Of a stretch of DNA of 64,000 bases, positions 51,640 through 60,655 are shown in pieces. The first letter of the stretch is position 1; every line of letters starts with the position of its first letter. The notes beneath the pieces are model-generated. The model saw only the letters and a program-made list of their open reading frames with translations. It had not been told where the DNA came from and did not search any database. Where the stretch lies: the NCBI GenBank assembly GCA_030765185.1, contig JAVCDE010000003.1, forward strand, positions 128,038 through 192,037. Reading direction: 5' to 3'. This DNA is from Candidatus Aceula meridiana. Lineage in GTDB: Bacteria > Omnitrophota > Gorgyraeia > Zapsychrales > Aceulaceae. The translations under genes and the position numbers were made by a program.

Positions 51640-53006
51640 GAACACATACTTGCGGGGAATTGAATAAAGAATATAAAGATAAAGAAGTTGTTTTATGCGG
51701 ATGGGTTCACCGCAGGCGCGATCATGGGAAATTAATTTTTATTGATATCCGCGACCGCTATGGTTTGACACAGATTGTTTTTGTCCCATCGGTAAGCAAA
51801 GAAGCGCACGATGAGGCTCAAAAGCTTGGGCCTGAATTTGTTGTGAAAGTTACCGGCACGGTTAATGTTAGGCCTGAGAAGAATGTGAATCCTGATCTTT
51901 CCACCGGGGACATGGAAGTTTGCGCCACAGGCCTTGAAATTTTAAATTCGTCAGAGGTTCCTGTCTTTGAGGTTGATGACACTGCTGATGTTTCCGAAGA
52001 ATTAAGATTAACCTATCGTTATTTGGATTTGCGCCGAGAAAAACTTCTTAATTCCCTTAAGCTACGACATAAACTTTGCGCGGTAATACATAGTTTTTTA
52101 GACAAGCAGGAATTTCTTGAAATTGAGACTCCGGTTTTAACCAAGTCCACACCCGAAGGGGCAAGGGATTTTTTAGTTCCATCACGTTTAAACCCGGGAG
52201 AATTCTTTGCCCTGCCGCAATCACCGCAGCTTTTTAAGCAAATTTTGATGGTTTCCGGCTTGGACAAGTATTATCAAATTGTTAAGTGTTTTCGCGATGA
52301 AGATCTTCGTGCTGACCGTCAGCCAGAATTCACTCAGCTAGATATGGAGATGTCGTTTGCTGAGGAAGAGGATGTCTTTGATGTGACGGAACGCATGTTT
52401 AAAATTATTTTTAAAGAACTTAAAGGTATTGATATCAAAACACCGTTTGCGCGCATAACGCATAAAGAAGCCATGGATAAATATAAGTCGGATAAGCCTG
52501 ATTTGCGCAAAGAGCAGGGGGAAGATTTTGCTTTTGTCTGGGTTGTTGATTTTCCGCTTTTTAAATATAACAAAGATGAAAAAAAATGGGATAGTGAACA
52601 TCATCCTTTCACATCTTTTCGTGAAGAAGACTCAGGACTTTTAGAGGGTAAGGACTTAGATAAGATTCGCTCTCGATCTTATGACTTAGTTTTAAATGGA
52701 AATGAGATTGGAAGCGGTTCTGTTCGTATTCATAAACAAGATGTACAACAGAAAATATTTGATATAATAGGATTTGACCAAGAAGAGGCTCAGAAGCGTT
52801 TTGGGTTTCTGCTAAAAGCTTTTCAGTATGGCGCGCCGCCTCACGCGGGCGTGGCTTATGGCATTGATAGGCTTGTGGCAATCATGGCAGGTTTGGATTC
52901 TATTAGAGACACTATTGCTTTTCCAAAAACACAAAAGGGAAATTGTTTGTTAACCGATGCTCCGGCAGAAATTGACGCAAAGCAATTAAAAGATTTAGGG
53001 CTTTAA
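51615..53006 (+). CDS. aspS: Aspartyl-tRNA synthetase, short archaeal/eukaryal-type form without the GAD insertion
   Basis: N-terminal OB anticodon-binding fold, class II motifs (FRDEDLRADRQPEFTQLDME, GSGSVRIH, GLDRLVAI). 463 aa. Overlaps the hisS end. Confidence 0.85.
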   Translation: MDKSKIMLRTHTCGELNKEYKDKEVVLCGWVHRRRDHGKLIFIDIRDRYGLTQIVFVPSVSKEAHDEAQKLGPEFVVKVTGTVNVRPEKNVNPDLSTGDMEVCATGLEILNSSEVPVFEVDDTADVSEELRLTYRYLDLRREKLLNSLKLRHKLCAVIHSFLDKQEFLEIETPVLTKSTPEGARDFLVPSRLNPGEFFALPQSPQLFKQILMVSGLDKYYQIVKCFRDEDLRADRQPEFTQLDMEMSFAEEEDVFDVTERMFKIIFKELKGIDIKTPFARITHKEAMDKYKSDKPDLRKEQGEDFAFVWVVDFPLFKYNKDEKKWDSEHHPFTSFREEDSGLLEGKDLDKIRSRSYDLVLNGNEIGSGSVRIHKQDVQQKIFDIIGFDQEEAQKRFGFLLKAFQYGAPPHAGVAYGIDRLVAIMAGLDSIRDTIAFPKTQKGNCLLTDAPAEIDAKQLKDLGL

Positions 53007-53039
53007 AAGTCATAATATATTAACTTAGGGGAGGGAAAA

Positions 53040-53558
53040 ATGTCAAAGAATATCATTAAAGGTTTAGCGCTTGTTTGTGTTGTTTTATTGTTAGCTAGCT
53101 GCACTATGAAAACTTATGTACAAGACAAAGCCCGTGTTGACCAAGAGATGCAGGGCAACGCTGGGTGCCTAAGCGGAGAGTGTCCGGATAGAGGTGATTA
53201 CAAGCCAACGCGAAGGACTTATGTTTTAGAAGTTCAAACAAAGCCTAAGGTTAATACAGAAGAATATATCACGGAAGAGACAACCTATGCCTCTGATTAT
53301 GATGGGGTTAAAACATCAACTACAACGAGGTCTTTTTCGTCCTCTGAAAATGAACCTAAAGTGATTTACGAACCTGCAGAAACAGAAGCCGCCATTATCG
53401 ACTATACAGTTCAAAAAGGCGATACCTTGCAGAAAATTTCTAAGAAAATTTATGATACCTATAAGCGCTGGTATGAAATTTATGATTTAAACAAAGACAC
53501 GCTTTCTAGTCCAGACCGTATCAAGCCAGGTATGATTATTAAAATAAGAGAGAGATAA
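53040..53558 (+). CDS. LysM-domain lipoprotein
   Basis: Lipobox LLASC and a C-terminal LysM (YTVQKGDTLQKISKKIY...IKPGMIIKI). Confidence 0.6.
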   Translation: MSKNIIKGLALVCVVLLLASCTMKTYVQDKARVDQEMQGNAGCLSGECPDRGDYKPTRRTYVLEVQTKPKVNTEEYITEETTYASDYDGVKTSTTTRSFSSSENEPKVIYEPAETEAAIIDYTVQKGDTLQKISKKIYDTYKRWYEIYDLNKDTLSSPDRIKPGMIIKIRER

Positions 53559-53568
53559 TTTAAAATTT

Positions 53569-54522
53569 ATGGAAAAGAATATTACCCTTAATGATAATCA
53601 GGACCTGCAGCTTCTTTTTGGTAAATACGATCAGAATTTAAAGCTAATTGAAAAAGAGCTTTCTGTTCAGATTGTGCGCAGTCAAGAAGGATTAAAGATT
53701 ATCGGAGATGACAATAAAGTTGAACTTGCCGAAGGCCTCTTGGATTATCTTTCTGATTTTGTTAAGAATGGCCAAGAAGTTAAGCGTTATGATGTCTTGT
53801 ACGCGTTAAAATTATCCGATCCTGAAAAAGGCGTTGATTTTAAACGTCTTTCAAAACGTAAAATTCCTGTCGCCACTAAAAAGGGTGCGGTGGTAACACC
53901 CAAAACTAAAGGTCAGGTTGAATATGTTGAGACGATTAAGCAAAATGATATCGTCTTTGGCATCGGGCCGGCAGGAACAGGAAAAACGTATCTGGCGATG
54001 GCTATGGCGGTTAACGCTCTTCAAAAAGGATTAGTCCGACGCATCATCTTAACGCGTCCTGCTATTGAAGCCGGAGAAAGCCTTGGGTTTTTGCCGGGGG
54101 ACATGGTAGAGAAAGTAACGCCGTATCTTAGGCCTTTGTACGATGCGCTTTATGACATGGTTGATGCCGAACGCGTTGAGCAACATGCTGAAAAAGGCAT
54201 TATTGAGGTAGCCCCGTTAGCCTATATGCGAGGGCGTACCTTAAATGATGCTTTTGTTATTTTAGATGAGGCGCAAAATTGTACATCAGATCAAATGAAA
54301 ATGTTTCTGACACGGCTTGGGTTTGATTCCAAAGCTGTTATCACTGGAGATATTACTCAGAGCGACCTTCGCCCTGGAGAGGAATGCGGCTTAGTTGCTG
54401 CTCAAAAGATTTTAAAAGATGTTGAGGGAATCAAGTTTGCTTATTTAACCGGAGAAGATGTAGTGCGCCATGAATTGGTGCAACGTATTATCGAGGCCTA
54501 TGAAAAGTCGAATCATAAGTAA
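53569..54522 (+). CDS. PhoH-like ATPase (YbeZ/PhoH family) with an N-terminal KH-like region
   Basis: Walker A GPAGTGKTYLA and Walker B VILDEAQN. Conserved position before the 7TM-HD and ybeY genes. Confidence 0.8.
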   Translation: MEKNITLNDNQDLQLLFGKYDQNLKLIEKELSVQIVRSQEGLKIIGDDNKVELAEGLLDYLSDFVKNGQEVKRYDVLYALKLSDPEKGVDFKRLSKRKIPVATKKGAVVTPKTKGQVEYVETIKQNDIVFGIGPAGTGKTYLAMAMAVNALQKGLVRRIILTRPAIEAGESLGFLPGDMVEKVTPYLRPLYDALYDMVDAERVEQHAEKGIIEVAPLAYMRGRTLNDAFVILDEAQNCTSDQMKMFLTRLGFDSKAVITGDITQSDLRPGEECGLVAAQKILKDVEGIKFAYLTGEDVVRHELVQRIIEAYEKSNHK

Positions 54523-55936
54523 TCTTAAAGTTTCTCAGGTTGTTATTACTGCTGTCATTATTCTTGCGATGGCATTGTTTTGCCTAGCGTCAGGATTTTC
54601 TCTTGAGATCCCGTTTTTGTTTCTTTTGACCGCACTTTATTTTCTTTTTTTAGAAAGAGCCAGCGGCAAACTTTTTTTGCAGGTTGGACTGCTAATATTG
54701 ACTGTTATGTTCATCACACACACTGTAATGAATTATACAAGTCTCAGTGTGTTTTTAGTTCCAGTGGCTTTTGTTGGAATGCTGGTGATGCTTTTATTTA
54801 ATGATTTACATCTTGCTTTTATCGCTGCATTATTGTCGAGCGCTGTTGTTGGGCTAATTATTGGCAATAGGCTTGATTTGGTTCTTACCTTTTTTACTGG
54901 AAGTTTGGTTGGGATATTTTCCGTTAAAGATTCCCGCACGCGTTCCGAGTTGATTAATGCTGGTTTTTTTATAGGTGTAGCACAGCTTGTATCTGTCATC
55001 TTGTTTAATCCTTCTAGAGAATTTATTTTCTCTGTCAATTTTGCGTCAGATTATTTAAGGCCGTTTCTTTTAAATGGTGTTATTTGCGCGTTCGGTGTTG
55101 TCGCTACGCTAAAGATTTTTGAAAATCTTTTTCATGTGGTGACTAATTTTTCGCTTTTAGAACTATCAGATTTTAATCATCCGCTTTTAAAGCGGATGAT
55201 TTTAGAAGCTCCGGGAACATATCACCATAGCCTTTTTGTCAGCAACATGGCTGAGGCCGCGGCGGATAGCGTTGGGGCTAATGCTCTTTTGGCAAGAGTA
55301 GGAGCTTATTATCATGATATTGGAAAATTGGAGAAGCCGGAATATTTTACAGAAAATCAGATTTTTGAAACAAACAAACATGACCGACTTGAACCTTCAA
55401 TGAGCCGTCTTGTTATTTTAAACCATGTTAAGGATGGGGTAGAGCTTGCTAAGAAATATAAGCTAAATCCGGCTCTTATTGATTTTATCGCGCAGCATCA
55501 TGGCACAAGCTTGATGTATTATTTTTATCAAAAGGCAGTCTCGGATGCTGAAGAAGGCGAAAAAGTTGAAGAGCAAACATTTCGCTATCCTGGGCCTAAG
55601 CCGCAGACGCGTGAGACAGCCATTGTCCTTTTAGCAGACTCTGTTGAAGGTGCTTGTCGCGCCTTAGATGAGCCTACACCGTCTCGGATTAACGAAACAG
55701 TTCACAAAATCGTTAACAATAAATTCATCGATGGACAGCTAGATGACTGCAATTTAACTTTAAAAGATTTAGAAAAAATTAGCTCAACGTTCTCCCGCGT
55801 ATTAAGCGCGATGCATCACACACGTATTAAATATCCAGAGAAAAAAGATGCCACTGCAAATAACCGTAAAAAATTTTCAGAAGCGAATTCGTCTAAGTTC
55901 CCCTCAAGTCGTCCAAAAGACCAAAAAAATTCTTAA
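54500..55936 (+). CDS. 7TM receptor with intracellular HD hydrolase domain (YqfF-like)
   Basis: Seven TM helices followed by an HD domain (HHSLFVSNMAE...YYHDIGK). The probable ATG at 54500 is used; the ORF track begins at 54470. Confidence 0.7.
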   Translation: MKSRIISNLKVSQVVITAVIILAMALFCLASGFSLEIPFLFLLTALYFLFLERASGKLFLQVGLLILTVMFITHTVMNYTSLSVFLVPVAFVGMLVMLLFNDLHLAFIAALLSSAVVGLIIGNRLDLVLTFFTGSLVGIFSVKDSRTRSELINAGFFIGVAQLVSVILFNPSREFIFSVNFASDYLRPFLLNGVICAFGVVATLKIFENLFHVVTNFSLLELSDFNHPLLKRMILEAPGTYHHSLFVSNMAEAAADSVGANALLARVGAYYHDIGKLEKPEYFTENQIFETNKHDRLEPSMSRLVILNHVKDGVELAKKYKLNPALIDFIAQHHGTSLMYYFYQKAVSDAEEGEKVEEQTFRYPGPKPQTRETAIVLLADSVEGACRALDEPTPSRINETVHKIVNNKFIDGQLDDCNLTLKDLEKISSTFSRVLSAMHHTRIKYPEKKDATANNRKKFSEANSSKFPSSRPKDQKNS

Positions 55937-56276
55937 AAAAGAGCGTATCACCAACGCGGATCTTTCTTTGGTTTTTGTTTCAGACCAGAAAATTAAAATT
56001 TTAAATAAAAAATATCTTAAGCATAATTATGTGACGGATGTTTTAGCTTTTGATTTAAGAGAGGATTTAAAAGATAAGAAAGTGACAGGGGAGATTATTA
56101 TTTCAACCGGACGAGTCGTCGAAAATGCCAAGAAATACAAAACTTCCCAAGCCTATGAGCTTATTTATTATGTCATCCACGGCATTTTGCATCTTTTAGG
56201 TTATCGGGACCATGACCCAGAAGATATCAATCGCATCCGCGCGAAAGAACAACAACTCCTAAAGTATTTAACATGA
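55848..56276 (+). CDS. ybeY: rRNA maturation endoribonuclease YbeY
   Basis: Zinc motif HGILHLLGYRDHD (H-x3-H-x5-H). 142 aa. Overlaps the upstream gene by about 89 nt. Confidence 0.75.
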   Translation: MPLQITVKNFQKRIRLSSPQVVQKTKKILKKERITNADLSLVFVSDQKIKILNKKYLKHNYVTDVLAFDLREDLKDKKVTGEIIISTGRVVENAKKYKTSQAYELIYYVIHGILHLLGYRDHDPEDINRIRAKEQQLLKYLT

Positions 56277-57013
56277 TTTTAAAAGCCGAAGGCATTGTTC
56301 TAAAGACTTTTAATTTTCGCGAGACAAGTTGCATCGTGACTTTTTTTACTAAAGAGCATGGTAAAATTAAAGGTGTTTTAAAGGGAATCCGCAAAGACCC
56401 CAAGAAATTTGGCAGCCATGTCGATAAGTTTTCTGTTAATCAGCTCGTTTACTATACCCACCGCAATAATGATCTTCACTTGGTCAGTCATTGTGATTTA
56501 ACAAGCTTTTTCTTTTTAATTCGAAAGAATTTAAGACGTACTTTAGCCGCTAGCTATGCGTTGGAGTTGGTAGACTCGATTATGCCCACAGAAGAGAAGA
56601 ATATAAAAGTTTACCAGCTTCTCATTAATTTTTTGACCGAGTTAGAAGAGATAAAAGATATTAACCGTTTGGTTCATATTTTTCAAATAAAAATTCTTTC
56701 TCATTCTGGATTTAAGCCTTTTTTAGACTCTTGCGTAGTGTGCCAAAAGCACATTGTTCCAAGCATGAAGTTTAGCATGAAGCTGGGTGGGCTTTTGTGT
56801 CCGGATTGTTTTGCCAATGATCGGGACGCGCGTATCATTTCAAGAGGGGCGATTGCTTCGCTGACGCATATCGAAAGCAATGATTGGAAAAAGGCTTTGC
56901 GCCTAAAATTGACTCAGCCCGTTCAAAAAGAATTAAAAGTTGTCCTCAACAATTTTCTCGTTTTTCATCTTGAGAAACATATCAAAAGCGAAAAATATCT
57001 GAGCGCTCGATAA
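56273..57013 (+). CDS. recO: DNA repair protein RecO
   Basis: N-terminal OB fold (EGIVLKTFNFRETSCIVTFFT) and a C-terminal zinc-finger (CVVCQK...CPDC). Confidence 0.75.
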   Translation: MILKAEGIVLKTFNFRETSCIVTFFTKEHGKIKGVLKGIRKDPKKFGSHVDKFSVNQLVYYTHRNNDLHLVSHCDLTSFFFLIRKNLRRTLAASYALELVDSIMPTEEKNIKVYQLLINFLTELEEIKDINRLVHIFQIKILSHSGFKPFLDSCVVCQKHIVPSMKFSMKLGGLLCPDCFANDRDARIISRGAIASLTHIESNDWKKALRLKLTQPVQKELKVVLNNFLVFHLEKHIKSEKYLSAR

Positions 57014-57155
57014 GGTTTTATCGAGTACTCGTCCTGAAGATAAGTTCGAAGGACGAATCGAAGGATTTCCTTACTATTTTTAGGCTTTAATCCCCCTAGA
57101 AACTTTTAAGCTTTGGAAATAAATTTTGTTTTCTGTTCGGGAGGAAGCCTTGCCC

Positions 57156-59402
57156 TTAAGTTGATCGGGCTCCACTTTTATAGTGTTTTTTGACCTGCAG
57201 GAGGATATCTTTGGCAAGGGTTTTTCCAATTTGGGCAACAGATGCTAAATCATCAGGGTCGATGGTTTTAAAATCAGGAAAACGTCGGAATCCTTTTGCA
57301 AAAAGGTTGCGCGCGCGAATGCGTCCAACGCCCTTAAGAAGGACAAGTTCTAAAAGTTCTTCCTTTATTCCATAGCGTACACGGTTTTTAAGGTCTTCAA
57401 CAATAAAGGTCAGACGCTTGAAACCAAGAAGTTCCGCGATGACTGAAGTGGCGTGAAGAATCCATCGTGCTGATTCAACATGGCGATGAATATCGCCAGG
57501 CCCAATATTAAATTGGTCACAGAGATCTTCTTCTTTTTCTTCCTCAGCCCAAGAAGAGAGCATCCAAGTTGTTTTGAGGGTAATGAGATGAAAAAAAAAG
57601 TCTTCTAAGTCGGGAAGGTCTCTGTTGGTGAGAATCAAATCATCTTGAAACTGTGCGGCAAAATGTTCGAGTTCGATGTAATCATTCTTGCCAATGCCTC
57701 TTAAGCGGTCAACATCCGGCGTGCAGCAAATTAGATGCAAAAGTCCGATGCTTGAGGCAGGGGCTTCACCTTTGTCAATTTTCTGAAGTCCACTTCGAAG
57801 AATGATTCCGGTAATCGGATCAATGTACAGACGGCTGACGCATTGGCCAAAGGTTGTGGCAAAATACCGAAAACCACTTTTTTCAATGAAACCTTCAACT
57901 TCTAAGAATTCAAAAATATGGCTAATTAATTCAATCAAATTTGGTGTGCGTTTTTGATGTGCCAAAAATGTGTGTGAGATAAAATCAAACATTTCGTTGA
58001 CATTGTGCACGTGACCTGCAGAAATTGATGCTAGGATATGCATGCGAAGCGCAGATTCGCTTCCAAGCTTTGAGATAACAGGTTCGGGGTCAGCGTTAAT
58101 GTATTTATCGAAAAGCAGCCGGGATTCAGATAAAGTTTTTGCAATAATGACTGATTCGCCAAATTCATCATAGCCGGGACGGCCGGCACGGCCTGCGCAT
58201 TGTTTGTATTCGGATGTTGGAATATAGGTTGCGCCTAAGCCTGCCTCATAGCGTTTGGAATCACGCAAAATAGTTCGTCTCGCCGGAAGATTGACTCCGG
58301 CAGCTAAGGTGGGCGTTGAACAAATAATTTTGATGAGATTATTTTTAAAATTCTGTTCAATAAGCTTGCGCTGATTAGGCCTTAAGCCTGCATGATGAAA
58401 AGCAACGCCATTTTTTAAAACATTTGCTAATTTTTTGCAAATTTTTGTTGTCTCGCCAGATTTGCCTAATACTTCTTTAGAGAGAAGATTAAGTTTTCTT
58501 TTTTCTTCGGGATTGAGAAGCTGACCGGCTGCACTACTAACGACGAGACTGGAAGCCTGGGCTGAGCGACGGCTATTTACAAAAACAAGAACTTGTCCTT
58601 TGCTTCGTAAGGTGTCTAAGGCAAGCTTGCTCAAATCATCAGGTGGCTCTTCTTTGACCATGCGCTTTGCTTCGTTGTTAAACATAATTTGCTCATTAAA
58701 ATAGACGCCTTCTTTTAAGGGGACAGGGCGCCAGGAGCTTTCTACAAAATTAGCTGAGAGCCAGTCTGCCATCTCGCTCGCATTTTTAACGGTAGCGCTT
58801 AAGGCTAGAATTTGAATATCAGGATTAAGTTGTTTAATTCGCGCTGTTAAAACTTCTAGTGTCGGCCCACGTGAACCATCATTAATAAAATGAATTTCAT
58901 CTAAGACAACAACGGATAATCCACTAATAAGCCATTTGGCACGGAAACGCAAAAGGGAGTCTACTTTTTCGGCGGTTGCAATTAAGATTTGATAACGATT
59001 AAGAGATTTGCTGGAGCTATCTAAGTCTCCGATGGCAAGCCCTACTTTAATTCCAAGGGGTTCGTATTTTTGTTTAAATTCATCGAATTTTTCACCGGCC
59101 AAGGCTTTTAAGGGAGCGATGTAAAGGCATCGGCCACCTGATTGCAGAATCGATTTTATCATGCACAGTTCTGCGATAAGAGTTTTTCCGGCAGCAGTAG
59201 GTACTGCTAAAAGGAGATTTTTCCCATTAAGGGCGCCGCTTTCAATGGCTTGTTGCTGCGGAGGGTAAAAAGTCGTAATTTTTTTGGACGTAACTGCATT
59301 AATAGCTTCTTCGGTAAATTTATATTTTTTAAGAGTTGTGCGGATTTGCATAAGGCATTTTATAAGTTGCTTAGTTCTAACATAAAAGTAATAAGGTGTC
59401 AA
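57156..59402 (-). CDS. Hel308/HelQ-type Ski2-like superfamily 2 DNA helicase with a C-terminal helix-hairpin-helix domain
   Basis: Motif I AVPTAAGKTLIAEL, II VVVLDEIHFI, III LALSATV and VI QCAGRAGRPGYD. Then winged-helix and ratchet regions and a terminal HhH (GVGRIRARNLFAKGF). The true start may be the internal Met at about 59351. Confidence 0.75.
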   Translation of the reverse strand: MTPYYFYVRTKQLIKCLMQIRTTLKKYKFTEEAINAVTSKKITTFYPPQQQAIESGALNGKNLLLAVPTAAGKTLIAELCMIKSILQSGGRCLYIAPLKALAGEKFDEFKQKYEPLGIKVGLAIGDLDSSSKSLNRYQILIATAEKVDSLLRFRAKWLISGLSVVVLDEIHFINDGSRGPTLEVLTARIKQLNPDIQILALSATVKNASEMADWLSANFVESSWRPVPLKEGVYFNEQIMFNNEAKRMVKEEPPDDLSKLALDTLRSKGQVLVFVNSRRSAQASSLVVSSAAGQLLNPEEKRKLNLLSKEVLGKSGETTKICKKLANVLKNGVAFHHAGLRPNQRKLIEQNFKNNLIKIICSTPTLAAGVNLPARRTILRDSKRYEAGLGATYIPTSEYKQCAGRAGRPGYDEFGESVIIAKTLSESRLLFDKYINADPEPVISKLGSESALRMHILASISAGHVHNVNEMFDFISHTFLAHQKRTPNLIELISHIFEFLEVEGFIEKSGFRYFATTFGQCVSRLYIDPITGIILRSGLQKIDKGEAPASSIGLLHLICCTPDVDRLRGIGKNDYIELEHFAAQFQDDLILTNRDLPDLEDFFFHLITLKTTWMLSSWAEEEKEEDLCDQFNIGPGDIHRHVESARWILHATSVIAELLGFKRLTFIVEDLKNRVRYGIKEELLELVLLKGVGRIRARNLFAKGFRRFPDFKTIDPDDLASVAQIGKTLAKDILLQVKKHYKSGARST

Positions 59403-59487
59403 TTAGCTCGGAAAGAGCTTTGCGCATGGTTATTTATATTGACACTCGGTTTTTTAAATTTATAATCATTAAAAGACTATAAATATT

Positions 59488-59931
59488 ATGAGAATTGTTA
59501 TCCAAAGAGTTAAAGAATCTGAAGTTACGGTTTCAGGCCAATCGGTTGGACGCATTGGTTTAGGGCTTGTTGTCTTGTTGGCTGTTGGCAAAGATGATAC
59601 AGCAGAGGACATTGATTATTTAACAAAGAAATTAGCTGAGCTTCGCATTTTTGAGGATAAAGATGGAAAAATGAATTGCTCTATTCAAGAAGCCGGTGGG
59701 GCATTTTTGGTGGTTTCCCAGTTTACTCTTTTAGGGGATTGTAAAAAAGGAAGAAGGCCTTCATTTGACAAGGCGGCAGAACCGAAAAGAGCCGAAGAGA
59801 TGTATAATCAGTTTATCGAAAGCTTACGTTTTAAAGGTTTTAAGGTTTCTACAGGCGAGTTTCGTGCAATGATGGACGTGTCGCTGGTCAATGACGGACC
59901 GGTAACTTTTATTTTGGATAGCAAGGCTTAG
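59488..59931 (+). CDS. dtd: D-aminoacyl-tRNA deacylase
   Basis: MRIVIQRV..., SQFTL and the C-terminal NDGPVTF motif. 147 aa. Confidence 0.85.
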   Translation: MRIVIQRVKESEVTVSGQSVGRIGLGLVVLLAVGKDDTAEDIDYLTKKLAELRIFEDKDGKMNCSIQEAGGAFLVVSQFTLLGDCKKGRRPSFDKAAEPKRAEEMYNQFIESLRFKGFKVSTGEFRAMMDVSLVNDGPVTFILDSKA

Positions 59932-59966
59932 AATTTTAAGCTGGAGATTTTTTTTAAAGGGTTTGC

Positions 59967-60506
59967 ATGTTTAAAAAATATCGGACAGTTATCTTTTATT
60001 TATTTTTAGCTTTTTTGCCGGTTGTGAGAGGCTGTGGCCGCGGTGTGACGGAATTGTTTGATTCTTACACCCTTGGCTTTCCGTTCCCGTTTTGGGAGAT
60101 CCCTATTGATGGGGCTTCTTTTAGCAGTGTTTATACGGCCGGAATGTTTTTGCTCAATCTTGTTGTTTTATTTTTGTTCGCTAATTTTATTTTAAAAAAT
60201 TCCCAAAGAACACAACGATTTTCTTTTTTTACCAATACCGTGCCTATAAGTTTTATTATTTTTGTGATTGTTTTTATTCTTGGATATTTTGGCGGCATGG
60301 ATTTATTAGAAAACGTGTTTTATTATCCGATGAACTGGGTCAACATGCAGCTTGTAGCATTAAGTATTAAAGAATCTACACCGGATTTTATAAGATCTAT
60401 TTTTAGCGTAATGGTTTTGCATGTCACTCCTCGGATTTGGTTTATTATCGTGACCTTGATGATTATGCCATTGGTCTCTTGGGTTAGAAAAATGTTTCGA
60501 AGATAA
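59967..60506 (+). CDS. Polytopic membrane protein of unknown function
   Basis: Four or five hydrophobic helices and no recognisable domain. Sits between dtd and a decayed copy of the dtd 3' end. Confidence 0.45.
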   Translation: MFKKYRTVIFYLFLAFLPVVRGCGRGVTELFDSYTLGFPFPFWEIPIDGASFSSVYTAGMFLLNLVVLFLFANFILKNSQRTQRFSFFTNTVPISFIIFVIVFILGYFGGMDLLENVFYYPMNWVNMQLVALSIKESTPDFIRSIFSVMVLHVTPRIWFIIVTLMIMPLVSWVRKMFRR

Positions 60507-60565
60507 CGGGATGGGAAATTTGAAGTGTTTTAATAAGAAAAGTGTCTTAGTGTAAAAAAGGCTGT

Positions 60566-60655
60566 AAAATTGAAACTGGAGAGTTCGGCGCGATGATAGA
60601 TGTGTCTTTGATTGATGACGGGCCGGTGATGTTTATTTTGAGTAGAGGGGAATAA
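60566..60655 (+). pseudogene. Relic of a D-aminoacyl-tRNA deacylase C-terminus (duplicated dtd 3' end, no start codon)
   Basis: In-frame translation [29 protein letters not shown] aligns to the Dtd C-terminus [29 protein letters not shown]. By hand alignment it shares about 70% nucleotide identity with 59854-59931. Preceded by an in-frame TAG; the stop abuts the next gene's ATG. Confidence 0.55.

Noticed and set aside
57014-57155. Convergent intergenic region between recO and the Hel308 gene as a site of a hidden small gene or bidirectional terminator
   Set aside because: Only a short 6-bp stem (TCGTCC...GGACGA) with no U-tract. No ORF with an RBS.
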